Shown: in pieces, positions 1-8,101 of the stretch
How positions within the stretch are numbered: position 1 is the stretch's first letter
Layout: each line of letters begins with the position of its first letter
Origin: Rhodobacter capsulatus SB 1003
GTDB lineage: Bacteria > Pseudomonadota > Alphaproteobacteria > Rhodobacterales > Rhodobacteraceae
Direction: 5' to 3'
DNA: 32,000 nt
NCBI RefSeq assembly: GCF_000021865.1
Contig: NC_014034.1
Coordinates: 1,440,001-1,472,000 of the forward strand
Translations under genes and position numbers: made by a program
Notes under the pieces: model-generated
The model's database searches: none
What the model was told of the DNA's origin: nothing
Seen by the model: the letters and a program-made list of their open reading frames with translations, nothing else

Positions 1-1
1 T

Positions 2-1576
2 GCCGAGGAAGGGATCGAGGCCTACTGGAAATTCGCCTATGAGGCGGTCGAACATGGTCGGCTCGGGCTGCAAAACCGCATCAAGGCGATGACGATTCCC
101 GGCAAGTATCGTCAGGTGGGCTTCGTCGACGTGCCCTATGCGCATGACGATGTGCGGGTGCCCTCGGATTTCGCCAAGGTCGACACGATCATGCACACGC
201 CCTCGGAGATGACGATCCGCCCGGACGGCACATGGCGGCTCGATTTCGAAGGCGCGTCGCGCTGGGGCTGGCACACCTACAACGCGCATTCGGTCAGCTT
301 CACCTCGGGCATCTGGGTGATGATGACCCAGACCCTGATCCCGACCGAGATGATCAACGACGGCGCCGCCTACGGCACCGAATTCCGCCTGCCCAAGGGC
401 ACCTGGATGAACCCCGATGACCGGCGCGTGGCCTTTGCCTACAGCTGGCACTTTCTGGTGTCCTCCTGGACGGCGCTGTGGCGGGGCCTGTCGCGCAGCT
501 ATTTCGGGCGCGGCTATCTCGAGGAGGTCAACGCCGGCAATGCCAACACCTCGAACTGGCTTCAGGGCGGCGGCTTCAACCAGTATGACGAGATCCACGC
601 CGTCAATTCCTTCGAATGCGCGGCCAACGGGGTCGGCGCCAGCGCCATCGGCGACGGCCTCAGCCATGCCGCGGCGATCTGGAACCCCGAAGGCGACATG
701 GGCGACATGGAGATCTGGGAACTGGCCGAACCGCTCGTCTATCTCGGCCGCCAGATCAAGGCGTCCTCGGGCGGCGCGGGCAAGTATCGCGGCGGCTGCG
801 GCTTCGAGAGCCTGCGCATGGTCTGGAACGCCAAGGACTGGACGATGTTCTTCATGGGCAACGGCCATATCAGTTCCGACTGGGGGCTGATGGGGGGCTA
901 TCCGGCCGCCTCGGGCTATCGTTTCGAAGCGCATGAAACCGGGCTGAAGGAGATCATCGCGCAGGGCGGCGACATCCCCCATGGCGGCGACACCGACCCC
1001 GGCAACCCGGTCTGGGACGGCCTCCTCAAGGGGGCGCGGATCAAGCGCGACAAGCAGGCGATCACCACCGAGGCGATGTTCAAGGATTATGACCTCTATC
1101 TCAACTACATGCGGGGGGGGCCGGGCTTTGGCGATCCGCTCGACCGCGACCCCGGGGCGGTGGCTGCCGATGTGAACGGCGGCTATCTGGTCGAGCGCTT
1201 CGCCCAGAGCGTCTATGGCGTCGTGCTGGTCAAGGGCGCGGACGGTCTTCTTGCGGCGGATGCTGCAGCGACCGAGGCGCGCCGCGCCGCGATCCGCAAG
1301 GACCGTCTCGCAAAGGCCGTGCCGACCGCGGAATGGATGAAGGGCGAACGCGACCGGATCCTGAAAAAGGAGGCGGGCGTGCATGTGCAGCAGATGTTTG
1401 CCGCAAGCTTCAAGCTCGGTCCGAAATGGGAGGAAGGGTTCCGCAAGTTCTGGGACCTGCCGATCGATTGGCGCCTGATGGAAGCCGATCTGCCGATCCC
1501 GTCCTATGGCCGGGACTATTCGATGGATCTGAGCGAATTGCCGGACGTGAAAACCGTCCAGTTCGTCGAGGAATGA
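2..1576 (+). CDS. acxB: acetone carboxylase alpha subunit (hydantoinase B/oxoprolinase family), 5-prime truncated by the window edge
   Basis: The frame of ORF 89..1576 stays open back to nt 2 (AEEGIEAYWKFAYEAVEHGRLGLQNRIKAMTIPGKYRQ...). It has hydantoinase-B-like content and lies directly upstream of a typical 167-aa acetone carboxylase gamma subunit gene. Confidence 0.8.
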   Translation, partial: AEEGIEAYWKFAYEAVEHGRLGLQNRIKAMTIPGKYRQVGFVDVPYAHDDVRVPSDFAKVDTIMHTPSEMTIRPDGTWRLDFEGASRWGWHTYNAHSVSFTSGIWVMMTQTLIPTEMINDGAAYGTEFRLPKGTWMNPDDRRVAFAYSWHFLVSSWTALWRGLSRSYFGRGYLEEVNAGNANTSNWLQGGGFNQYDEIHAVNSFECAANGVGASAIGDGLSHAAAIWNPEGDMGDMEIWELAEPLVYLGRQIKASSGGAGKYRGGCGFESLRMVWNAKDWTMFFMGNGHISSDWGLMGGYPAASGYRFEAHETGLKEIIAQGGDIPHGGDTDPGNPVWDGLLKGARIKRDKQAITTEAMFKDYDLYLNYMRGGPGFGDPLDRDPGAVAADVNGGYLVERFAQSVYGVVLVKGADGLLAADAAATEARRAAIRKDRLAKAVPTAEWMKGERDRILKKEAGVHVQQMFAASFKLGPKWEEGFRKFWDLPIDWRLMEADLPIPSYGRDYSMDLSELPDVKTVQFVEE

Positions 1577-1631
1577 CCTTCCGGGTGCCGCGTCCGGCGC
1601 GGCATCCCCCTCTTTTTGCGGAGACAAACCG

Positions 1632-2135
1632 ATGGCTTACACCAAGGCGAAGATCAAGGATCTGGTTGATGGCAAGATCGACCGGGACACGTTGCACACG
1701 ATGCTGGCGACGCCCAAGGATGCGGACCGGTTCGTGATGTATCTCGAGGTTCTGCAAGACCAGGTGCCGTGGGAGGACAGGATCATCCTGCCGCTGGGGC
1801 CGAAGCTTTATATCGTTCAGCGCAAGAGCGACCACAAATGGGTGGTGAAATCCCATGCGGGCCACGAGTTTTGCGACTGGCGCGAAAACTGGAAGCTGCA
1901 TGCGGTGATGCGGGTGCGCGAGACCCCCGAGGCGATGGAAGAGATCTATCCGCGCCTGATGGCGCCGACGGCGGGGTGGCAGGTGATCCGGGAGTATTAC
2001 TGCCCGCTTTCCGGTGATTTGCTCGACGTCGAAGCGCCGACGCCCTGGTATCCGGTCATCCATGATTTCGAACCGGATATCGACGCCTTCTACTCCGAAT
2101 GGTTGGGCCTCAAGATCCCGGAGCGGGCCGCCTGA
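1632..2135 (+). CDS. acxC: acetone carboxylase gamma subunit
   Basis: 167 aa, MAYTKAKIKDLVDGKIDRDTLHTMLATPKDADRFVMYLEVLQDQVPWEDRIILPLGPKLYIVQ... The size and N-terminus are characteristic of AcxC. GGAG lies upstream of the ATG. Confidence 0.85.
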   Translation: MAYTKAKIKDLVDGKIDRDTLHTMLATPKDADRFVMYLEVLQDQVPWEDRIILPLGPKLYIVQRKSDHKWVVKSHAGHEFCDWRENWKLHAVMRVRETPEAMEEIYPRLMAPTAGWQVIREYYCPLSGDLLDVEAPTPWYPVIHDFEPDIDAFYSEWLGLKIPERAA

Positions 2136-2142
2136 CTGGGTT

Positions 2143-2166
2143 GCCGGGCTGAGCGATCAGCCCGGC
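2143..2166 (+). terminator. hairpin after acxC (gccgggctg-agcgat-cagcccggc) followed by actttct
   Basis: Perfect 9-bp GC-rich stem with a 6-nt loop, 8 nt after the acxC stop. The U-tract is weak. Confidence 0.5.
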
Positions 2167-2190
2167 ACTTTCTCGAGATATCTTGGCGAG

Positions 2191-2219
2191 CTGTTCCCCG
2201 CCCACGCGGGGATTACACT
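2191..2219 (+). CRISPR. solitary type I-E-like CRISPR repeat (ctgttccccgcccacgcggggattacact), 3-prime end diverged
   Basis: The first 23 nt match the repeat at 8189..8217 with 2 substitutions and keep the I-E palindrome core CCCCGC-N-GCGGGG. No spacer or second repeat is adjacent. Confidence 0.6.
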
Positions 2220-2444
2220 TGATGTGATCCTCTTTGATGTATCAACGGCGGCGATTGATCTGCCTTAATGGATCAACGCTTGTGCAGATGCAGGTTTTGA
2301 TCTGTATGAACCAATCAGATCTGCCACATGATCTGTCAGGACAGATCGCCGTGATCCCCGAGGCCGAGGAAATCGCCGCCCAGTTCCGGGCGGCCCTTGC
2401 GCGCAAGGGGGTCAGCCAGCGCGATTTGTCCGCGCGGGCCGGGG
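2220..2444 (+). repeat. dispersed repeat copy A (CRISPR trailer / hipB-like promoter and 5-prime coding region)
   Basis: Aligns by eye along its whole length with 8291..8514, at roughly 85-90 percent identity with 2 single-nt indels. Confidence 0.85.
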
Positions 2445-2503
2445 TGAACGCAGGGCGCGAATTCCGGCTTTGCGGGCGTTTCGGCAGGATCTGCCCGGGG
2501 TGA
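2351..2503 (+). pseudogene. XRE/HipB-like HTH antitoxin gene, frameshifted after the first HTH helices
   Basis: GTG 2351 aligns with ATG 8421 of copy B. It encodes IPEAEEIAAQFRAALARKGVSQRDLSARAGV, a typical XRE N-terminus. The expected recognition helix continues only in another frame (ARIPALRAFRQDL). Confidence 0.55.
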
Positions 2504-2582
2504 TCACGATGACGCCTGCCGAAGGCGATGACAGTCCTGCGGGCGGTTACGCAGACATGGCCGAAGGGCAGGGGGCAGGACC

Positions 2583-2700
2583 ATGCTGCGCTTCTCGCTG
2601 GCCGGGGTGCAGCTGAAGTTTTCCGCCGTCCATGCCGCTGGCGGCGGGCTGACCATTCCGGCTTCGGGCATCGGCGGGAACTGGATCGTCAAGCTGCGCC
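2583..2700 (+). pseudogene. HipA-family kinase toxin, short internal N-terminal fragment
   Basis: MLRFSLAGVQLKFSAVHAAGGGLTIPASGIGGNWIVKL matches the conserved SLAGVQxKxS ... WIVK block of HipA N-terminal domains. Similarity stops near 2700, and the upstream coupling domain and the kinase domain are missing. Confidence 0.55.
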
Positions 2701-3009
2701 AGAGGCGGCGCAGCGTTGGCAATGCGATCATTGCCGCGTTCAATGACGCTGCGCAAAATGCTCCACGATCTGCTCGCCGGAAGTTCCATAATACATTGAA
2801 TATTAATAATTACCAATTTTTGAGGTCCGTATATGGCGGACACTGCTTCCGCCAGCCATCCGCTGCGTCGATCTGTGATTGTGATTGCCAATCAATTGCC
2901 TGAAGGGCTTTCCGCCAGGCTCGGGACGCGTTCCTGATCCTCTCCGGAACAAGACGATTGCGGCGAGGATGAGGACCTGTTCTTGCGCTCCGGCGCCGAC
3001 GGGCGCGCC

Positions 3010-3876
3010 TTACGCGCCCTCCAGATCGTGACGCTTCGCGAGGACATGATCCGCGATCGCCGCAGCCACCGCGCGCACCCGGCGCGAGGCGGCAAGTTCC
3101 GCGTGGGTGGCCAGGAGGATCGGCCGCTCCATCGGCGCGCCGTCGGGCAGCCGGGCCGCCAGCAGGCGCAGCCCGGCCTCGCGCGCAAGGAAATGCGGCA
3201 GCACCGCGACGCCCAGCCCATCCCGCACCGCCTGAACCTGCGCCGTCAGCGTGTTCAGCGCCAGCCGCGGCGCCGTGCGCGCGCCAAAGGCCGCCGACCA
3301 GGCAAGCGGCACCGCCAGGCTGGGCGCGTCGGGCCAGGTCACATGCCGCGCGGGCGGCGCCCCCTCGGCGGGGCCGTAAAGGCCGAAGCCCATCTGCGCC
3401 AGCCGCCGCACCGTCAGGTTGCCGCGCTCGGGCGGCACCATCCGCAAGGCCAGATCGGCGTCATGGCGGTGCAGGTTCACCGTCGCCGTCCCCCAATGCA
3501 CCTCGACGTCGAGCCCGGGATTCGCCGCCAGAAGCGGCCCGAGCGCGGGCAGCACGACCGGCGCCACCAGGCTTTCGATGCTGGCAAGCCGCACCAGGCC
3601 GCGGATCTCGACCTGCGCCCCGGCCTCGCGCCGCATTTCCTGCAATGCCAGTTCCATCGCCTCGGCCCGGGGCAGCAGCGCCGCGCCCTGGTCGGTCAGT
3701 TCGTGCCCGGTCTGGCGGCGCAGGAACAGCGGCAGGCCGAGCGTCGCCTCCATCCGGTCGATGCGCCGCGAGATCGTGGCAACGCCAAGACCCAGTCGCC
3801 GCGCCGCGCCCTGCAGCGTGCCCTCGCGCGCCAGCGCCAGAAACAGCCGGATGTCGTCCCAGTTCTGTGGCTCCAT
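3010..3876 (-). CDS. LysR-family transcriptional regulator
   Basis: 288 aa from MEPQNWDDIRLFLALAREGTLQGAARRLGLGVATISRRIDRMEATLGLPLFLRR (LysR HTH) plus a substrate-binding domain. It is only the C-terminal part of the artefactual 1019-aa ORF 3010..6069. It is divergent from the EamA gene. Confidence 0.85.
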   Translation of the reverse strand: MEPQNWDDIRLFLALAREGTLQGAARRLGLGVATISRRIDRMEATLGLPLFLRRQTGHELTDQGAALLPRAEAMELALQEMRREAGAQVEIRGLVRLASIESLVAPVVLPALGPLLAANPGLDVEVHWGTATVNLHRHDADLALRMVPPERGNLTVRRLAQMGFGLYGPAEGAPPARHVTWPDAPSLAVPLAWSAAFGARTAPRLALNTLTAQVQAVRDGLGVAVLPHFLAREAGLRLLAARLPDGAPMERPILLATHAELAASRRVRAVAAAIADHVLAKRHDLEGA

Positions 3877-3881
3877 GCGCG

Positions 3882-3895
3882 TTCCATTTTTGGAA
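3882..3895. promoter_or_regulatory. candidate LysR-type box TTCCA-N4-TGGAA in the LysR/EamA divergent intergenic region
   Basis: ttccatttttggaa is an inverted repeat 6 nt upstream of the LysR start. A second small palindrome, ttccaggaa, lies at 3922..3930. Confidence 0.35.
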
Positions 3896-3972
3896 ATCAG
3901 ATGCACGATCTTTGCCATATATTCCAGGAATGGGACATGGGACAGATCCTTCGTGTCAAACAGGAGGGTTCC

Positions 3973-4884
3973 ATGTCCGACGTCTTCTCTGCCCCGCGGC
4001 CGCGCGCCGAGACGGCGGCCTTCGCGCTGAGCGCGCTTGCCGCCGTCTTCTGGGGCTCGAATTTCGAGGCGACCCGCGTCGTGCTGCAGGAGATGCCGCC
4101 CTGGACCGCGGCGGCCGGGCGGTTTCTGATCGCGGCGCTGGCCATCCTTGGCTGGCTCTGGCTCGCCGAGGGCTCCGGCCTTCCGGCGCTGCGGCGGAAC
4201 TGGAAGGTGTTTCTGGGGCTTGGCGTGGTGGGGGTGGCGGGGTTCAACGCGGCACTGTTTCTGGGCATGCGCAGTTCCAGCCCGGTCACCGCGGCGCTGA
4301 TCATGGGCACGAGCCCGCTGACGACGACCCTGATCGAGGCGGCGCTGACCCGCCGTTGGCCGAAGGCGGGGACGTTGGCCGGGATGGCGATCAGCCTTGT
4401 GGGCGTGGCCTTGACGGTGGGCGCGTTTTCGGGGGCGCGGCTGGCGCCGGGGGACGGGCTGATCCTGCTTGGCAGTCTTGCCTGGGCGCTTTACACCGTC
4501 GGCTGCCGCCGCTGGGTGGTCGCGGCAAGCCCGCTCGAGACTTCGGTCTGGACGATGCTGGCCGGGGCGCTGGCGCTGCTGGGGGCGGCCTTCGCCCTCG
4601 AGACGCCGGTGGCAAGCGTTCTGGCAGCCTCGCCCGCCGCCTGGGGTGCGACGCTCTGGATGGCGCTGGCGGGCTCGGTTCTGGCCTATCTGTTCTGGCA
4701 GGTCGGGATTCAGATCCGCGGACCGGGGGCGACCTCGGTGCTGTTCAACCTCGTGCCGGTCTCCGCTCTGGCGATCGCCGCGCTTTTCGGCCGGACGCCC
4801 GAGCTCTCGCAACTGGCCGGGGTCGCGCTGGCGATCCTTGGCGTGCTGCTGGCAAGCGGACGCCTGACGGTGCCCCGGCGCTGA
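3973..4884 (+). CDS. EamA/DMT-family transporter
   Basis: 303 aa and about 10 predicted TM helices (AVFWGSNFEATRVVL..., two EamA halves). AGGAGG at 3962..3967 precedes ATG 3973. Confidence 0.8.
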   Translation: MSDVFSAPRPRAETAAFALSALAAVFWGSNFEATRVVLQEMPPWTAAAGRFLIAALAILGWLWLAEGSGLPALRRNWKVFLGLGVVGVAGFNAALFLGMRSSSPVTAALIMGTSPLTTTLIEAALTRRWPKAGTLAGMAISLVGVALTVGAFSGARLAPGDGLILLGSLAWALYTVGCRRWVVAASPLETSVWTMLAGALALLGAAFALETPVASVLAASPAAWGATLWMALAGSVLAYLFWQVGIQIRGPGATSVLFNLVPVSALAIAALFGRTPELSQLAGVALAILGVLLASGRLTVPRR

Positions 4885-5028
4885 CGGAGGAGACCCGGGC
4901 GCGCCTCCTGGCCCGCGCCCGCCTTGTGACGGCGCGGAGCGTGCAACAAGCGGGCGAGGGGCAGGGGCGTCCTGTTTCGCCCGCAGTTCCTGAGTAAAAC
5001 ACTCTTGAGTTCCGCGGGTTGCGGGGAT

Positions 5029-5050
5029 AGTGAAAATCGACTCTTTCACT
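5029..5050. promoter_or_regulatory. inverted repeat AGTGAAA-N8-TTTCACT upstream of the ABC substrate-binding protein gene
   Basis: Perfect 7-bp arms ending 21 nt before ATG 5071. The position fits an operator for a metal or iron-responsive repressor. Confidence 0.3.
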
Positions 5051-5070
5051 CGGAAACCGGACCCTCCCCC

Positions 5071-6105
5071 ATGTTGCCCCTCAAGACCGCCATTCTGGGT
5101 GGCGTCGCCCTCTCCTGCCTTTGCTCCGCCGCGCTTGCCGAGCGGACGAGCTATCCCCTCACCATCGAGAATTGCGAGCAAAAGGTGACCTTCGCGAAAG
5201 CACCCGAGCGCACCGTGGCGCTGGGGCAGAACAGCGCCGAGATCCTGCTCCTGCTGGGGCTCGAGGATCGCATGGCCGCCACCGCCTTCTGGCCGAACAG
5301 CGTCCTGCCGGAGCTGGCCGCGGCGCATGACAAGGTGGAGGTGCTGACGGTCGAATTCCCGACGCTTGAAGCGGTGCTGGCGCAGCAGCCCGATTTCGTG
5401 CCTGCCATGCTGGTGACGCTGATGGGGCCCGACAGCAAGGTCACCAAGCGTGAAGATCTGGAAGCGCTCGGCATCCCGACCTACCTCTCGCCCAGTGCCT
5501 GCACCACCGAGGCCGACACGCAGAGCGCGAACGGCAGCGCGGCGAGCTCTGCCTATGGTGTCCGCAAGGATCTGTGGTCCATGGACCTCCTCTACAAGGA
5601 GATCGAGGACATGGCGCGCATCTTCGACGTGGCCGAGCGCGGCGCGGCGGTGATCGCCGATTTCAAGGCCCGCGAGGCCGCCCTGCGCGCCGAATTCGCG
5701 CCGCGCGAGGATCTGACCTTCCTGTTCTGGTTCTCCAGCCCCTCGCCTGCCGACGATGCCTATCTGGGCGGCGGCCATGGGCCTTCGGGCTACATCGCCG
5801 ATCTGCTTGGCGGCTCCAACGCGATCAGGACCGAGGCGGAATGGCCGACCCTGGGCTGGGAAGGCATCATGGCCGCCAATCCCACCGTCTTCGTCGCCGC
5901 GCAGGTGGACCGCAACCGCTGGGACCTTGACCGGGCCGACACCAAGATCGCCTGGCTGACCTCCGATCCGGCGGTCAGCCAGATGGAGGCGGTCAAGGCG
6001 GGGCGCATCGCGGTGATGAGCGGGGCGGCGATGAACCCCTCGATCCGCACGCTTTACGGCGCCGAGCAACTGGCAGACCAGCTCCGTTCCTTCGACCTGC
6101 CGTGA
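5071..6105 (+). CDS. ABC transporter periplasmic substrate-binding protein (iron-siderophore/cobalamin type, PBP cluster A)
   Basis: Signal peptide MLPLKTAILGGVALSCLCSAALA, then ...PERTVALGQNSAEILLLLGLEDRMAA...QQPDFV..., typical of FecB/FhuD-like binders. Its stop overlaps the permease GTG (GTGA). Confidence 0.8.
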   Translation: MLPLKTAILGGVALSCLCSAALAERTSYPLTIENCEQKVTFAKAPERTVALGQNSAEILLLLGLEDRMAATAFWPNSVLPELAAAHDKVEVLTVEFPTLEAVLAQQPDFVPAMLVTLMGPDSKVTKREDLEALGIPTYLSPSACTTEADTQSANGSAASSAYGVRKDLWSMDLLYKEIEDMARIFDVAERGAAVIADFKAREAALRAEFAPREDLTFLFWFSSPSPADDAYLGGGHGPSGYIADLLGGSNAIRTEAEWPTLGWEGIMAANPTVFVAAQVDRNRWDLDRADTKIAWLTSDPAVSQMEAVKAGRIAVMSGAAMNPSIRTLYGAEQLADQLRSFDLP

Positions 6106-6686
6106 GCATTCGTGACGAGACCGGAAGCGGGGCGGGGAAATTCCTCTTGCTTCTGACGGTGTCCCTTCTGGTTCTGTGTCTTGCCGTCGCGGTGGCGATG
6201 ACCGTCGGCGATTATGCCATCGCGCTTGGCACGGTCGTGCTGGCGGTGGGCAACGGGCTGGGCCTCACGACCGCCGAGATCCCGCGCATCGAGCAGAGCG
6301 TGGTCTGGGACCTGCGGCTGAGCCGCGCGCTGGTCGCGGCGCTGGCGGGCGCGGGGCTGGCCATCTGCGGCGCGATCCTGCAGGCGCTGCTGCGCAACCC
6401 GCTGGCCGAACCCTTCGTGCTGGGCGTCTCGGCGGGGGCCTCGACCGGCGCGGTGGCGGTCATCGTGCTGGGCATCGGCGCGGGCGGGCTGTCGCTGTCC
6501 ATGGGGGCTTTCGCGGGCGCCTTCGCCGCCTTCGCGCTGGTGGCGCTTTTGTCGAACGGCGCGACCAGCGGGCCGAACCACACGATCCTCGCGGGGGTCG
6601 CCGCCTCGCAGCTTTTCAACGCGCTGACCTCCTATATCGTCACCACCTCGGGCAATGCCCAACAGGCGCGCGACGTGATGTTCTGA
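6102..6686 (+). pseudogene. FecCD-family ABC permease, truncated after about 194 codons by an IS end
   Basis: LRLSRALVAALAGAGLAICGAILQALLRNPLAEPFVLGVSAGAS... is canonical FecCD. The ORF ends at ...QQARDVMF, where intact homologs continue (usually FW..G..) for about 140 more residues. The stop TGA at 6684 is the first triplet of the IS3-like terminus. No ATPase gene follows. Confidence 0.75.
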
Positions 6687-7230
6687 CCCGTGCCGGGTTT
6701 GCCGGAGGCTCCAACTCCTGAGTAGGATGGAGCATCATGAGCAAGACAACGAACAAGTTTTTCCCGGAAGTGCGCGAACGCGCCGTGCGTCTGGTCCTCG
6801 ACAGTTCGGCGGACCGCGCCGTCGGTTCAAGCGGATCGCCGAACGGGCAGCATGGATCGCGCTGGCACCACAGCGACCGCGGCAACCAATATCTGTCGAT
6901 CAAAGACGACCCGCGCGGCTGGCCGAAGCGGGTATCGAACCTTCGGTCGCTTCAGGGGCTTACGCGGCCCCACCGGGGCCACGGTCCCCTTTCCCCGTCG
7001 GCGACAGCCATGACAAGGCGCTGGCCGAGACGATCAACGGGCTTTTCAAAGCCGAGGTCATCGATCGTCGCGGTCCATGGCGCCGCTTCGAGGCGGTGGA
7101 ATACGCAACGCTGGAATGGGTCGACGGGTTCAACAATCGCCGCCTGCTCAAGCCGATCGGGACCATTCCGCCCGCCGAAGCGGAAGCAGACTTCCATGCG
7201 GCTTTGGAAACTGAAGCCATGGCCGCGTCA
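6684..7230 (+). mobile_element. IS3-family insertion sequence relic (left end, orfA N-terminus fused to orfB fragments by internal deletions)
   Basis: The terminus begins TGACCCGTGCC. MSKTTNKFFPEVRERAVRLVLD is the IS3 OrfA N-terminus. HHSDRGNQYLSI and GDSHDKALAETINGLFKAEVIDRRGPWRRFEAVEYATLEWVDGFNNRRLLKPIGTIPPAEAEADFHAALE are OrfB DDE and C-terminal motifs, found in two frames. Confidence 0.75.
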
Positions 7231-7254
7231 CCAACCCAAATCCGCCTCCGGCAA

Positions 7255-7495
7255 ACCCGGCGCGGGTCACATCTTCACCCGCCCCCATACACCAAAGACC
7301 AACGGCAGGGCCGAGAGGTTCATCCAGACCCTCCTCAGAGAATGGGCCTACGGCCTCGTACACCCGTCTGCCCAAGCGCGAAATACCGACCTGCCGCGAT
7401 GGCTTGACTGGTTCAACACATCAAGACCACACTCCGCACTTAACGGCCTGTCACCCGTCAAAAGGGTGAACAACCTGATGAGAACTCACAGCTAG
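7255..7495 (+). mobile_element. IS481-family transposase C-terminal relic (boundaries approximate)
   Basis: FTRPHTPKTNGRAERFIQTLLREWAYGLVHPSAQARNTDLPRWLDWFNTSRPHSALNGLSPVKRV is the characteristic IS481 integrase-core C-terminus. No N-terminal part and no terminal inverted repeat are present. Confidence 0.7.
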
Positions 7496-7764
7496 CCGGT
7501 GCTCGATCTGCCCACGGCGGCAATGGCGCTTTATACGTTTCTGGCCTTTGCGCCTTCGGGGGGCGCGGCAACCGCACCTCGATGCGCGGCGGCGGGCCTC
7601 TGGTGACGCTGATCGACCCGCGCGAGGGGCGGGGCAGCCTGTGAGATCTGATCTGGGCGAATGTCCCCTGCGGTCAGCCCGGCCGGGCCGGGGATCTGCC
7701 GTGGATGCGCCCCAGCTTGGGCGAGATTGTCCGCTTTGTCACCGATGCGGTGCGGGGGGCGTGA
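7496..7764 (+). pseudogene. cas7e: cas7e (casC/cse4) 3-prime fragment with one frameshift and one in-frame stop
   Basis: ALYTFLAFAPSGG (frame 2) then GNRTSMRGGGPLVTLIDPREGRGSL-stop-DLIWANV...RPSLGEIVRFVTDAVRGA (frame 1). From memory this resembles the E. coli CasC tail (HMLATEVPGAKQ...MVMVNF...SMANAF...MPTLEQLKSWVRNNGEA). Its stop overlaps the cas5e ATG (TGATG), as in I-E operons. Confidence 0.5.
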
Positions 7765-8000
7765 TGCAGCCCTTTCTCATCTTCGGCCTCTCGGCCAGCC
7801 TTGCCGCGATGGGCGAACTGGCGGGGCACGAACGGGGCGGCTCGCTGATCTGGCCCGGCCGGTCCGCCCTCCTCGGGCGTCCGGGCGCGGCGCTTGGCAT
7901 CCGTCGCGACGGCGATTTTACTGCCCTTGATACGCTGGATGCTTCGGTGGCGATCTTTGACGCGGGGGCGGCGCTGCGCGATTATCACACCATCGAAAGC
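7764..8000 (+). pseudogene. cas5e: cas5e (casD) 5-prime fragment, about 77 codons
   Basis: MQPFLIFGLSASLAAMGELAGHERGGSLIWPGRSALLGRPGAALGIRRDGD...LRDYHTI parallels the Cas5e N-terminus (YLILRLAGPMQAWG...RPTGRFPTRSGLLGLLGACLGIQRDD...LRDYHTV). Similarity ends near 7995. Confidence 0.65.
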
Positions 8001-8002
8001 GT

Positions 8003-8101
8003 GATGATCAGGGCTACGACTTCCGGACCGCAGGTCGAAATCGCCGGAGGCCGGTGGATTTCGACGGGCTGAAGCTGGTGAGTTTCAAGCCGGACAGGTG
8101 A
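8003..8101 (+). pseudogene. cas2e: cas2e 3-prime fragment, last about 32 codons
   Basis: DDQGYDFRTAGRNRRRPVDFDGLKLVSFKPDR-stop matches the Cas2e C-terminus ([30 protein letters not shown]-stop). It joins the cas5e fragment directly, which implies loss of the cas5e 3-prime part, cas6e, cas1e and most of cas2e. Confidence 0.7.

Noticed and set aside
2547-2891. 114-aa minus-strand ORF spanning the AT-rich islet and the hipA fragment
   Set aside because: It has no recognisable motif, overlaps the better-supported plus-strand HipA block, and crosses a compositional discontinuity. It is probably fortuitous.
3877-6069. Upstream 730 codons of the 1019-aa minus-strand ORF 3010..6069
   Set aside because: Only the last 288 codons (3010..3876) look like a real protein (LysR). 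The rest is Arg/Pro/Gly-rich and lies antisense to the well-supported EamA and binding-protein genes. This is a typical high-GC shadow ORF.
7548-8072. 174-aa ORF taken at face value as a single gene
   Set aside because: It is a chimera. The N-terminal 72 codons are an out-of-frame read-through of the cas7e relic. The middle is the cas5e fragment. The tail (after about 7995) is an out-of-frame reading of the cas2e fragment.
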